From Patescibacteria group bacterium (GTDB lineage: Bacteria > Patescibacteriota > Minisyncoccia > Phycocordibacterales > Phycocordibacteraceae): 63,096 nt of DNA. Below the pieces are notes generated by a model that saw nothing but the letters and a program-made list of their open reading frames with translations, was not told the origin of the DNA and did no database searches. A program made the position numbers and the translations under genes. Every line of letters begins with the position of its first letter. Within the stretch, counting starts at the first letter, position 1. Below, one piece after another: positions 39,676 to 48,064 of the stretch. Location of the stretch: contig JAHJYC010000001.1 of assembly GCA_018826905.1 (NCBI GenBank), forward strand, positions 1 to 63,096, read 5' to 3'.

Positions 39676-39706
39676 GAGATTTGGGGCGCTGTGCTAGTAT
39701 TTTCCT

Positions 39707-40756
39707 ATGCACAAAAACGTCTCCATAACTATCACCCCGGGCACCATTATCACTGCAATTCTTATTGGAGCGGTGGCTTTCGCGTTGTGGACGCTTCGTG
39801 ATCTCGCGCTTTTGGTGCTTACTGCAATTGTTATCGCCTCAGCCATTGAGCCAGGAGTTTCATTTTTCCGTAGGAAACATATCCCCCGCGTGCTTGCTGT
39901 GACGGGCATGTATGTAGCAGTATTTGGTTCTTTGTTTGCTATTGTCTACTTTTTCCTTCCTCCAGTACTTGATGACGCTCAAGGATTCCTTTCAACAGCT
40001 CCTCAATATTTGGACACGCTTAATATTCCCGCACCTTTTGCTGTACTAACCGATACTGCTCGTACCGCAGCAGCGCCAGACCAATCACAGTCCATCTTTG
40101 ATACGCTATTTGCGTTCCAGTCTGCGTTCGCAGATACCACAGGTGGGGCAGTGCGCGTATTGTCCACCTTCTTTGGCGGCATCTTCGCGCTCATTCTCGT
40201 TATTGTGCTCTCTTTCTACTTTGCAATCCAGGAGACTGGAATTGATGATTTCGTGAGACTCATAACTCCTTCCAAACATGAGAATTATGCAGTAGGACTT
40301 TGGTTGCGTGCGAAAAAGAAAATAGGGCAGTGGATGCAGGGGCAACTGCTGCTGTCGCTGATTGTGGGAGTCATTGTGTATTTAGGGCTTCTTATTCTTG
40401 GGGTTCCGTACGCGCTTTTGCTCGCACTTCTCGCTGCAATTCTTGATCTGATTCCAATCTTCGGCTCTTTTATTGCTGGAATCTTGGGCGTGATTGTTGC
40501 ATTCGCTTCAGGAGGGGTGACGCTTGCTTTGATTGTTGCAGGGCTCTTCTTTATCGTGAATCAGTTTGAGGCGCACCTTATCTACCCGCTTGTGGTGAAT
40601 AAAGTGGTCGGTATTCCTCCTCTACTTGTTATTCTTGCCCTCATTGTCGGAGGAAGTCTTGCAGGATTCCTGGGAGTTCTCCTCTCTATCCCTCTGGCAG
40701 CCGCACTTCGTGAATTCCTTAGTGACGTAGAGCGCCGGAAACATCTCCCTGTATAG
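39707..40756 (+). CDS. AI-2E family transporter
   Basis: Multi-TM; GQLLL, LIPIFG, NQFE..LIYP, GVLLSIP. Confidence 0.9.
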   Translation: MHKNVSITITPGTIITAILIGAVAFALWTLRDLALLVLTAIVIASAIEPGVSFFRRKHIPRVLAVTGMYVAVFGSLFAIVYFFLPPVLDDAQGFLSTAPQYLDTLNIPAPFAVLTDTARTAAAPDQSQSIFDTLFAFQSAFADTTGGAVRVLSTFFGGIFALILVIVLSFYFAIQETGIDDFVRLITPSKHENYAVGLWLRAKKKIGQWMQGQLLLSLIVGVIVYLGLLILGVPYALLLALLAAILDLIPIFGSFIAGILGVIVAFASGGVTLALIVAGLFFIVNQFEAHLIYPLVVNKVVGIPPLLVILALIVGGSLAGFLGVLLSIPLAAALREFLSDVERRKHLPV

Positions 40757-40768
40757 GGGTAATTAGCA

Positions 40769-42199
40769 ATGGCTCGGTACGTTACTACTACACTTCCATA
40801 CGTAAACGCCGACCCGCACATCGGGTTCGCGCTTGAGATCATTGAGGCCGATGTAATTGCACGTGCATGGCGTCTTAGGGGAGAGGAGGTGTTCTTTTCA
40901 ACAGGCGCAGATGAGCACGGTCAAAAGATATGGGAAGCCGCTGAACGAGCTGGGAAAAACGCTCAAGAGTATGTTGATTATTACGCACATGAAGTAGAGA
41001 AGCTGAAGGAAGCGCTCTCGCTTTCAACAGACCACTTTATTCGTACCACTGACACAGCACACAAAGAGGCAGCACAAGAAATGTGGAGGCGGTGCATGGA
41101 GGCAGGAGATATCTATAAGAAGTCTTATACCGGTAGGTATTGTGTAGGGTGTGAGGCATATAAAACGGAGCGCGAGCTTGATGCAGAGGAACACTGTGTG
41201 CTCCATCCTAGTCTCACACTTGAAGAGAGAACTGAAGAAAACTATTTCTTTGCATTCTCTAAGTACACCGAACAACTGCTTGCGGTGTTGAATACTCCTG
41301 CGTCAATTGTTCCCGAATGGAGACGAGAAGAAGCAGTACGATTTGTTACAGAGGGGCTTGAGGATTTCAGTATTTCTAGGAAGAAGGAGAAGCTTTCGTG
41401 GGGAGTTCCAGTTCCAGGAGACGATACACAAGTTATGTATGTTTGGTTTGATGCGCTTACCAGCTACCTTTCAACACTTGGGTGGCCACGTGATGGTAAC
41501 GGGCTCTATGAAAAGTTTTGGGTAAACGGCACAACTCTTCAAATGGCAGGGAAGGACCAAGTGCGGTTCCAATCTCTTATGTGGCAGGCAATGCTCTGCT
41601 CTGCGGGAATTAAGAATACTGACCAGGTTTTCTATCATGGCTTCATCAATTCCGGCGGCCAACGTATGTCAAAGTCTTTAGGGAACGTTATTAGTCCTTA
41701 CGAGCTTGTTGAGAAATATGGCACCGAGGCTACGCGGTACGTGCTTTTGCGTCACGTACACCCCACAGAGGACTCTGATGTTACATGGGAGCGTCTTGAT
41801 GAATGGTACACCGCCAATCTCGTGAATGGGCTTGGGAATCTCCTTGCACGCATTATGAAGCTTGCAGAGACACATCTGGAGAAGGGAATTGACCAGCCTG
41901 AGGAAGACGACTTTGATCCAAAGTACTGGAATTCTTTGGACACATTTGAGTTCAGTCAGGGAATGGATCTAGTGTGGAGCAAGATTCAGGTGCTTGATGA
42001 GCGCATTACGCGGGAAGAACCATTTAAGCTGGTAAAAAGTGATCCAGAAGCGGGGAGGAAGAATATAACGGAGCTTACTCACGAACTATATGCTGTTGGC
42101 AGATTGCTCGCTCCGTTCATGCCAGATACTAGTGAACGCATAAAAGAGGCCGTCCTCTCAAACAAGAAGCCGGAGAATCTATTCCCACGTCTTTCTTAA
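40769..42199 (+). CDS. metG: Methionyl-tRNA synthetase (no C-terminal tRNA-binding domain)
   Basis: YVNADPHIGF, GADEHG, YVWFDAL, RMSKS. Confidence 0.96.
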   Translation: MARYVTTTLPYVNADPHIGFALEIIEADVIARAWRLRGEEVFFSTGADEHGQKIWEAAERAGKNAQEYVDYYAHEVEKLKEALSLSTDHFIRTTDTAHKEAAQEMWRRCMEAGDIYKKSYTGRYCVGCEAYKTERELDAEEHCVLHPSLTLEERTEENYFFAFSKYTEQLLAVLNTPASIVPEWRREEAVRFVTEGLEDFSISRKKEKLSWGVPVPGDDTQVMYVWFDALTSYLSTLGWPRDGNGLYEKFWVNGTTLQMAGKDQVRFQSLMWQAMLCSAGIKNTDQVFYHGFINSGGQRMSKSLGNVISPYELVEKYGTEATRYVLLRHVHPTEDSDVTWERLDEWYTANLVNGLGNLLARIMKLAETHLEKGIDQPEEDDFDPKYWNSLDTFEFSQGMDLVWSKIQVLDERITREEPFKLVKSDPEAGRKNITELTHELYAVGRLLAPFMPDTSERIKEAVLSNKKPENLFPRLS

Positions 42200-42201
42200 G
42201 T

Positions 42202-43002
42202 ATGAAGTACTTTGATGCACACTGTCATATACAATTTGATCGGTTTTCAGAAGACAGAACAGAGGTTATAGAGAAAATGCAGAAAGAAGAGTTTGGGGGC
42301 CTTGTGGTTGGTGTTGATATGGCCTCTACAAGAGCTGCTGTTGAATTGGTGCAACAGTATCCGCACTTGTGGGCATCTGTAGGTCTTCACCCAAACGATA
42401 CCCCTGAAGAGCCATTTGATAGAGAAGCATTTCTTAGGCTTGCTGGAGACCCTAAGGTTGTCGCTATAGGGGAGTGTGGTTTGGATAATTACCGGCCCGA
42501 AGATCCTGAACAAGAAAAAGAAAGACAGAGAAGGGTATTTATTCAACACGTGGAACTGGCTCTAGAGACAGATAAGCCACTTATGATTCATTCCCGACCC
42601 AAGAAGGGAACAATGGATGCGTACCACGACCTCATTGAGATTTTAGGTTCATATAAGAAAGACTATGGAGAAAAGCTCCGTGGAGATATTCATTTCTTTG
42701 TCGGCGGAATTGAAGAAGCAAAAGCGTTTGTTGAGCTTGGCTTCACGATGTCATTTACTGCAGTGCTTACCTTCGCGAGGGACTATGACGAGGTGGTACG
42801 GTATCTTCCCCTTGAAAGTATATTGTCTGAGACAGACGCCCCCTATGTTGCTCCGGCGTCTAGAAGGGGTACTCGGAATGACCCTTTTGCCGTACGCGAT
42901 GTAGTAGAAGCAATAGCGGAAATTCGTGGAGAAGACACAGAAAAAGTACGAAGTACTATCCTTGCCAATGCAGAGCGAGTATTTGGGCTTTCTGGCCTGT
43001 AG
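42202..43002 (+). CDS. tatD: TatD family nuclease
   Basis: DAHCH, GLHP, IGECGLD, ETDAPY. Confidence 0.94.
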   Translation: MKYFDAHCHIQFDRFSEDRTEVIEKMQKEEFGGLVVGVDMASTRAAVELVQQYPHLWASVGLHPNDTPEEPFDREAFLRLAGDPKVVAIGECGLDNYRPEDPEQEKERQRRVFIQHVELALETDKPLMIHSRPKKGTMDAYHDLIEILGSYKKDYGEKLRGDIHFFVGGIEEAKAFVELGFTMSFTAVLTFARDYDEVVRYLPLESILSETDAPYVAPASRRGTRNDPFAVRDVVEAIAEIRGEDTEKVRSTILANAERVFGLSGL

Positions 43003-43048
43003 GCTGGCATTTGCTGGTCTAAAATAAGCGTGGTAGGATACGGCCACT

Positions 43049-43534
43049 ATGGCTAAGAACGATATTGAATCGGGCGAGATGGTAAACGATACGGAGCACG
43101 CAGAGACGCGTGTTTACGAGCTCGCATTCCATATTGATCCTGAGCTTCCCCAGGAGGAAGCAAAGAAGACCTATCAGACCCTTCGCGAAGGACTTGCGGG
43201 AGCAGGATCTGTAGTGGCTGAAGGAGAGATCCAGAAGATCCCTCTTGCATACACTATCTCACGTAAGGAGCACGCAGGACGTCGTGACTTTGATTCTGCA
43301 TTCTTTGGGTGGATTGCATACGAGGCAGATGGTGCAGGGCACCAAAAGGCACTAGAGATGGTACAGGCAGAGACACGAGTAATTCGTTTCCTTGATCTTC
43401 GTACTACTGTTGAAGGCGCAAAGCATGCTGCTGAGATGCATGAGTTCTATGCAAAGCTTCCTGAGAAGGCTTCTGAGGAAGAAGAGGTATCAGATGCACA
43501 GCTAGATGCTGCGCTTAAGGAGGCCGGCGTGTAG
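43049..43534 (+). CDS. rpsF: 30S ribosomal protein S6
   Basis: YELAF, LAYTI, VIRFL; rpsF-ssb-rpsR synteny. Confidence 0.88.
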   Translation: MAKNDIESGEMVNDTEHAETRVYELAFHIDPELPQEEAKKTYQTLREGLAGAGSVVAEGEIQKIPLAYTISRKEHAGRRDFDSAFFGWIAYEADGAGHQKALEMVQAETRVIRFLDLRTTVEGAKHAAEMHEFYAKLPEKASEEEEVSDAQLDAALKEAGV

Positions 43535-43551
43535 GGTGTACACTGAGGGAT

Positions 43552-44010
43552 ATGTATCTCAACAAAGTACTTCTCTACGGCAACCTTACTCGCGATCCTG
43601 AGGTCCGCGCGCTCCCGTCAGGGCAGCAAGTAGCAACCTTCGGTCTTGCAACAAATCGTTCTTTTAAGAATAAAGAAGGAGCACAACAGGAGCAGACAGA
43701 GTTTCATAACATTGTCTCCTTCGGGCGCACCGCTGAAGTTATGGGGCAGTACCTTAAGAAGGGACGTCCTGTATATGTTGAAGGCCGCATTCAGACCCGC
43801 TCATGGGACAAGGATGGCCAGAAGCAGTACCGCACGGAGATTGTCGTAGACAGCTTCCAGTTCGGCCCTCAGGCGGGAGGGGAAGGGAAGAGTGGACACT
43901 CTGGTCCTGCGCGCGCATCAGACACTGAACGCCCTCAGGAATCCCCAGACCAAGGCGCAAACATTCAGTATCCAGACGAAGAAATAAACCCAGAAGATAT
44001 TCCTTTTTAA
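43552..44010 (+). CDS. ssb: Single-stranded DNA-binding protein
   Basis: NKVLLYGNLTRDPE, C-terminal DIPF. Confidence 0.97.
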   Translation: MYLNKVLLYGNLTRDPEVRALPSGQQVATFGLATNRSFKNKEGAQQEQTEFHNIVSFGRTAEVMGQYLKKGRPVYVEGRIQTRSWDKDGQKQYRTEIVVDSFQFGPQAGGEGKSGHSGPARASDTERPQESPDQGANIQYPDEEINPEDIPF

Positions 44011-44020
44011 GTAACACATC

Positions 44021-44227
44021 ATGGCACACCAATCAGAGCGAGAAGAAATAGAGCACAAGAAATTCGTTGACTACAAGGATGTCGCGTACCTGAAGCAATT
44101 CATGACGCCTCATGCAAAGATTGTTGCGAAGAAGCGCTCACGCGTTCCAGCAGCACGTCAGCGAGAGATTGCGCTAGCAATTAAGCGCGCGCGATACATG
44201 GCACTCTTGCCGTACCTCGCAGCATAA
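44021..44227 (+). CDS. rpsR: 30S ribosomal protein S18 (no Zn-binding Cys)
   Basis: VDYKD, QREIALAIKRARYMALLPY. Confidence 0.95.
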   Translation: MAHQSEREEIEHKKFVDYKDVAYLKQFMTPHAKIVAKKRSRVPAARQREIALAIKRARYMALLPYLAA

Positions 44228-44228
44228 G

Positions 44229-44255
44229 AAAAGCGCCTCACCTGAGGCGTTTTTT
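44229..44255 (+). terminator. Terminator after rpsR
   Basis: AAAAGCGCCTCA-cc-TGAGGCGTTTTTT. Confidence 0.85.
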
Positions 44256-44334
44256 GCTTTTGTGAAGGACCCATGTTTATATAGAAAAGCGGCGCAATGG
44301 GGCGCCGTGTTTCTTTCTATGGATAGAGTGAATA

Positions 44335-44499
44335 ATGACTAAGAAAAGCTGGAGCTTTGATAGAAAGCTTCTCATAACCTTCGTCGCCACGGTCTCCCTC
44401 GCTTGTGGAGGGGTCGCTGCGAAAGAGAATTACGAACAGGAGCGAGCTTCTGCCCAAAGGGTGGTTGTCGCACCTGCGTCGTCTGACGTCGCTCGCTAA
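44335..44499 (+). CDS. Putative 54-aa lipoprotein-like peptide (not in the ORF track)
   Basis: MTKKSWSFDRKLLITFVATVSLACGGVAAKENYEQERASAQRVVVAPASSDVAR*. Confidence 0.5.
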   Translation: MTKKSWSFDRKLLITFVATVSLACGGVAAKENYEQERASAQRVVVAPASSDVAR

Positions 44500-44540
44500 G
44501 CGAGTATCACTCAAACACACCTGCGCTAGGTAGCGCACAA

Positions 44541-44567
44541 AGGCCACCCTTAGAAAGAGGGTGGCCT
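44541..44567. terminator. Hairpin/terminator downstream of efp
   Basis: AGGCCACCCT-7nt-AGGGTGGCCT. Confidence 0.65.
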
Positions 44568-44587
44568 ACGTTGTTTAGGAGGATGTA

Positions 44588-45163
44588 CTAGGCTTTCTCA
44601 ACTCGTTCTACGTAATCGCCAGTTCCAGTGTTAATACGAAGAATGTCGTCAACGTTGATGAAAAGAGGAGTGGAAACAACCGCACCCGATTCAAGAATAA
44701 CCTTCTTGTCTCCTCCTGTTGCAGTATCACCACGCACTGCAGGAGGTGCTTCAACTACCTTAAGGTCTACTTTGATAGGAATATCAATCGTAACGGGTTC
44801 TTCGTTGTAAAGGAGCACTTCAACAGGAGAATTTTGTATTAACCACTTCACTTTGTCCGCCACTGCTGCCTCAGGGAAGGAGAACCTATTTTTCGGGTTT
44901 CCTTCTTCAGCAAACCAAGACTCTCCACGATTTGTATAGAGGTAGGATGCGCCCATCTTGCTGATGTCTGCTTCTGTAACGGACTCGTTTTGATGAAAAG
45001 AGATTTCCAGAACTTTTCCGGAGACTAGGTGTCGCAACTTCGTTTGATTTACAGGCTTTCGTTGCTGCATGCGAAATACATGAGAAGAAAGCACTTCATA
45101 CGGCTCACCGTTGTAATCAATAACCTTCTTCTGCACTATTTCGTTGTAGGAGAGTACTGCCAT
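44588..45163 (-). CDS. efp: Elongation factor P
   Basis: TKLRHL..GKV, PPAVRGDTATGG, LESG, PLFI, YVERV. Confidence 0.95.
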   Translation of the reverse strand: MAVLSYNEIVQKKVIDYNGEPYEVLSSHVFRMQQRKPVNQTKLRHLVSGKVLEISFHQNESVTEADISKMGASYLYTNRGESWFAEEGNPKNRFSFPEAAVADKVKWLIQNSPVEVLLYNEEPVTIDIPIKVDLKVVEAPPAVRGDTATGGDKKVILESGAVVSTPLFINVDDILRINTGTGDYVERVEKA

Positions 45164-45243
45164 AAGAGTGTAACTGTTCTGAGGGTAAGTGAGTTATAAA
45201 AAATGCCCAGGAACAGAGGATACGGGGTATGATACAGGACAGT

Positions 45244-45837
45244 ATGAGGGAAGTAAATTCTCACCTAGAGTCCTGGAACGATCGCTCTGATGCTGAGGTA
45301 CTAACGGCTGCACAGAGTGATCCTGAGGTATTTGCTGTGCTCGTGCATCGGTACGAAGACGCGTTCATGCGAAAGGCACGCTCAATCCTGCGCTCAACAG
45401 AGGACGCTGAGGAAGTAGTGCAAGATACGTTCACCCGTATCTACGTGTACGCGGACCGCTACCAGCCCCAGGAAGGGGCAACCTTTACTTCGTGGGCTTA
45501 CGCAATACTCACCCGGCTCGCCTTCACTCGGTATCAGAAACTTGTGAAGCACAGAGGTCGGACCCTCGCTCTGGAGCCTGAGACGTACGAGCGGTTGCCA
45601 GAAGAAGGATCTTTTTTGGACACACTAAGTATTCAAAACGAGTTACTTGTTGCTATGGCGAAACTCCCAGAGCAGGCTGCACATGTACTGACACTCCAGT
45701 TCTTAGAAGGGAAAACTCAGGAAGAAATTGCGCAGAGCGAGGGCAGCACCATCCCAGCTGTAAAAACTCGTGTACACCGCGCAAAGAAATTATTAAAGAA
45801 GGCACTCCAAGAAAACGAACACACTCATGAACGCTAA
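45244..45837 (+). CDS. ECF sigma factor
   Basis: DAEEVVQDTF, FTSWAY.I, EEIA...VKTRVHRAK; start 45244 preferred (TATGAT at 45228), 45229 possible. Confidence 0.92.
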   Translation: MREVNSHLESWNDRSDAEVLTAAQSDPEVFAVLVHRYEDAFMRKARSILRSTEDAEEVVQDTFTRIYVYADRYQPQEGATFTSWAYAILTRLAFTRYQKLVKHRGRTLALEPETYERLPEEGSFLDTLSIQNELLVAMAKLPEQAAHVLTLQFLEGKTQEEIAQSEGSTIPAVKTRVHRAKKLLKKALQENEHTHER

Positions 45838-46156
45838 TTCATCACTTTCCGATACCATACTGAGTCGTGTGCGCACGGTGCATACGGTACGTCGCGCAAC
45901 ACCTGTTGTGCTCGCTTCTTTTGTATTTCTTGTAGCAAGTCTTTGGGCTTTAGGGAGGGAAGTGTGGGTCTCTCAAGTCTTTGCCAACATGCCTCCATTG
46001 TTTGATATACCAGCACTTGCTAGTTTCATGACGTACGCCTTTCTACACACTGATATTGCAGTGCAGATCCTTTGTCTGGCACTCGTCGTTGCAACGATTG
46101 GACTTGCTCGCGGATGCGCGCGCATCTTAGCTACACTGACAAACTCTTACGTTTAA
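45827..46156 (+). CDS. Small membrane protein, candidate anti-sigma factor
   Basis: Overlaps the ECF stop; 2-3 hydrophobic segments. Confidence 0.6.
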   Translation: MNANSSLSDTILSRVRTVHTVRRATPVVLASFVFLVASLWALGREVWVSQVFANMPPLFDIPALASFMTYAFLHTDIAVQILCLALVVATIGLARGCARILATLTNSYV

Positions 46157-46668
46157 GAGCTAGAGAGAGAACAGATGGTGTAGCTTGTTCCGTCCGGAGA
46201 AGCAATTGCTGTTGCTGAGAATGCACAGGAGCGGGGGTATCCTAAAAGAAACCAAAAGATTGTGTAGGAAGGGCAGTAGCCTCCCGAAGGAGTGCACTGG
46301 TACCCGTACCCCTCAACGGTTCCGTTTGAGAACTCCTGGCTTATACCAGCAGGGAGGGAAGGGATGTACGGAGTAAGGGCGGTGTTAAGAGCCGCACTGG
46401 TAGTCATGCTTCCATTAATTCCGCAGATACCGTCTTCGTAGTCCCCCAAGCAATACAGGGCAGTGCCTCCGGGATCTGGGAATTGTCCGCCGTTATCTAG
46501 CGCGTAGAGGGCCAGAGCATTTTTGTACTCTCTGATTTGTTGTGTGGTGCCAGCATTCCTGCCCTTAACTCGTGCTTGATTAAGGGAGGCTAGCACTACA
46601 GAAGAGAGGATCCCGATAATTGCTATTACAACCAGCAATTCTATAAGAGTAAAACCACGAACTCGCAT
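46153..46668 (-). CDS. Type IV pilin/pseudopilin
   Basis: Class III signal RG|FTLIELLVVIAIIGIL; six Cys in the C-terminal region. Confidence 0.92.
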   Translation of the reverse strand: MRVRGFTLIELLVVIAIIGILSSVVLASLNQARVKGRNAGTTQQIREYKNALALYALDNGGQFPDPGGTALYCLGDYEDGICGINGSMTTSAALNTALTPYIPSLPAGISQEFSNGTVEGYGYQCTPSGGYCPSYTIFWFLLGYPRSCAFSATAIASPDGTSYTICSLSSS

Positions 46669-46672
46669 AGAC

Positions 46673-47725
46673 TTACTCTGCGTTAAGATGCGTACGAATT
46701 TGCTTTAGGATGTCGTTTGCGATGGGCTTGTTCTCCCGAAGGAATGTGCGTGTTGCGTCGTATCCGCGTGCCAACGGAATCTCTCCAAACTTATAGCTGG
46801 AGCCAGACTTTTGGACGATATCAAACTTCTCACCAAGAGCGATAAGTTCTCCCTCACGGCTGATACCTTCGTTATACAAGAGATCAAACTCTGTTGTCTT
46901 GAACGGTGCTGCAACCTTGTTCTTAACTACTTTTACGCGTACACGTCCTCCCACAATTTCTTCACCCTTTTTAATTTGGGCAATACGACGAATATCAAGA
47001 CGCACTGAGGTGTAGAACTTAAGAGCCTTTCCTCCAGTTGTTGTTTCTGGGTTTCCAAACATCACCCCGATTTGCATACGGATTTGGTTAATAAAGATGA
47101 TGATGGTGCTTGATTTAGCAGTGATAGCAGTAAGCTTGCGGAGTGCTTGGGACATGAGACGAGCTTGTTTACCCATCTGTGCTGAGCCCATATCTCCTTC
47201 AATCTCGTCCTTTGGAGTAAGCGCTGCTACTGAGTCTACGACAATAACGTCTATAGAATTTGCTCGCACGAGCGACTCAACAATTTCAAGAGCCTGCTCT
47301 CCTGTGTCAGGTTGAGAGATAAGAAGCTCAGGAAGCTTCACGCCGATCTTTCGGGCGTACTCAGGATCAAGTGCGTGTTCTGCGTCAACAAATGCACAGA
47401 CTCCTCCTTTTTTCTGAGCCTCAGCTATTACGTGTAAGGCAAGCGTAGTCTTTCCTGATGATTCTGGACCAAAGATTTCAATGATACGGCCACGAGGCAG
47501 TCCACCAATACCAAGTGCAGCATCAAGCCCGAGAGATCCTGTAGGAATAAAATCAATAGCCTTAGGCTTTCCTGCACCAAATGCCATGATGGCCTCATCT
47601 CCAAACTTCGTCTGGATTTCCTTTATGGCAAGATCAATAGCGCGCTGTTTGCTGCTTGTTGAGTCGCCAGACTCTTCAGGAGTAGGAGTTTTTGATACTT
47701 TCTTTGCAGATTTCTTTGCAGGCAT
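46673..47725 (-). CDS. recA: Recombinase RecA
   Basis: [36 protein letters not shown]. Confidence 0.99.
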   Translation of the reverse strand: MPAKKSAKKVSKTPTPEESGDSTSSKQRAIDLAIKEIQTKFGDEAIMAFGAGKPKAIDFIPTGSLGLDAALGIGGLPRGRIIEIFGPESSGKTTLALHVIAEAQKKGGVCAFVDAEHALDPEYARKIGVKLPELLISQPDTGEQALEIVESLVRANSIDVIVVDSVAALTPKDEIEGDMGSAQMGKQARLMSQALRKLTAITAKSSTIIIFINQIRMQIGVMFGNPETTTGGKALKFYTSVRLDIRRIAQIKKGEEIVGGRVRVKVVKNKVAAPFKTTEFDLLYNEGISREGELIALGEKFDIVQKSGSSYKFGEIPLARGYDATRTFLRENKPIANDILKQIRTHLNAE

Positions 47726-47736
47726 ACGAATAGGGG

Positions 47737-48060
47737 TTAGGGGACAAAAACGGTGCGACGCTCGGTTATTTCATGTCCAAACCGGTCAGTCGCCGTTAAA
47801 GATAGTATAGCGTTTCCTTGGGGAAGTACGAGTGAGGTGGAAAAGTTTCCTTCCTCATCAATAAGAAGTGGGGCACCATTCAGCCACAGGTTTTCTGTGT
47901 GCAGAGCTTTCCCGACTAGTGCAAGGTTTCCATCCGGAAGCACAGCATGCTCTTGGGGTGTAAAGGAGAGGGAAGGGCCCGAAAGTAGTGGCCAGATTCG
48001 GGTAGCACCGTATCCAACTAAAGCAATGAGAATGAGTGCGACGAGGGGACGGGTTCCCAT
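47737..48060 (-). CDS. Small anchored protein with Ig-like fold
   Basis: TM then [21 protein letters not shown]; start MGTRP. Confidence 0.7.
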   Translation of the reverse strand: MGTRPLVALILIALVGYGATRIWPLLSGPSLSFTPQEHAVLPDGNLALVGKALHTENLWLNGAPLLIDEEGNFSTSLVLPQGNAILSLTATDRFGHEITERRTVFVP

Positions 48061-48064
48061 ACGA

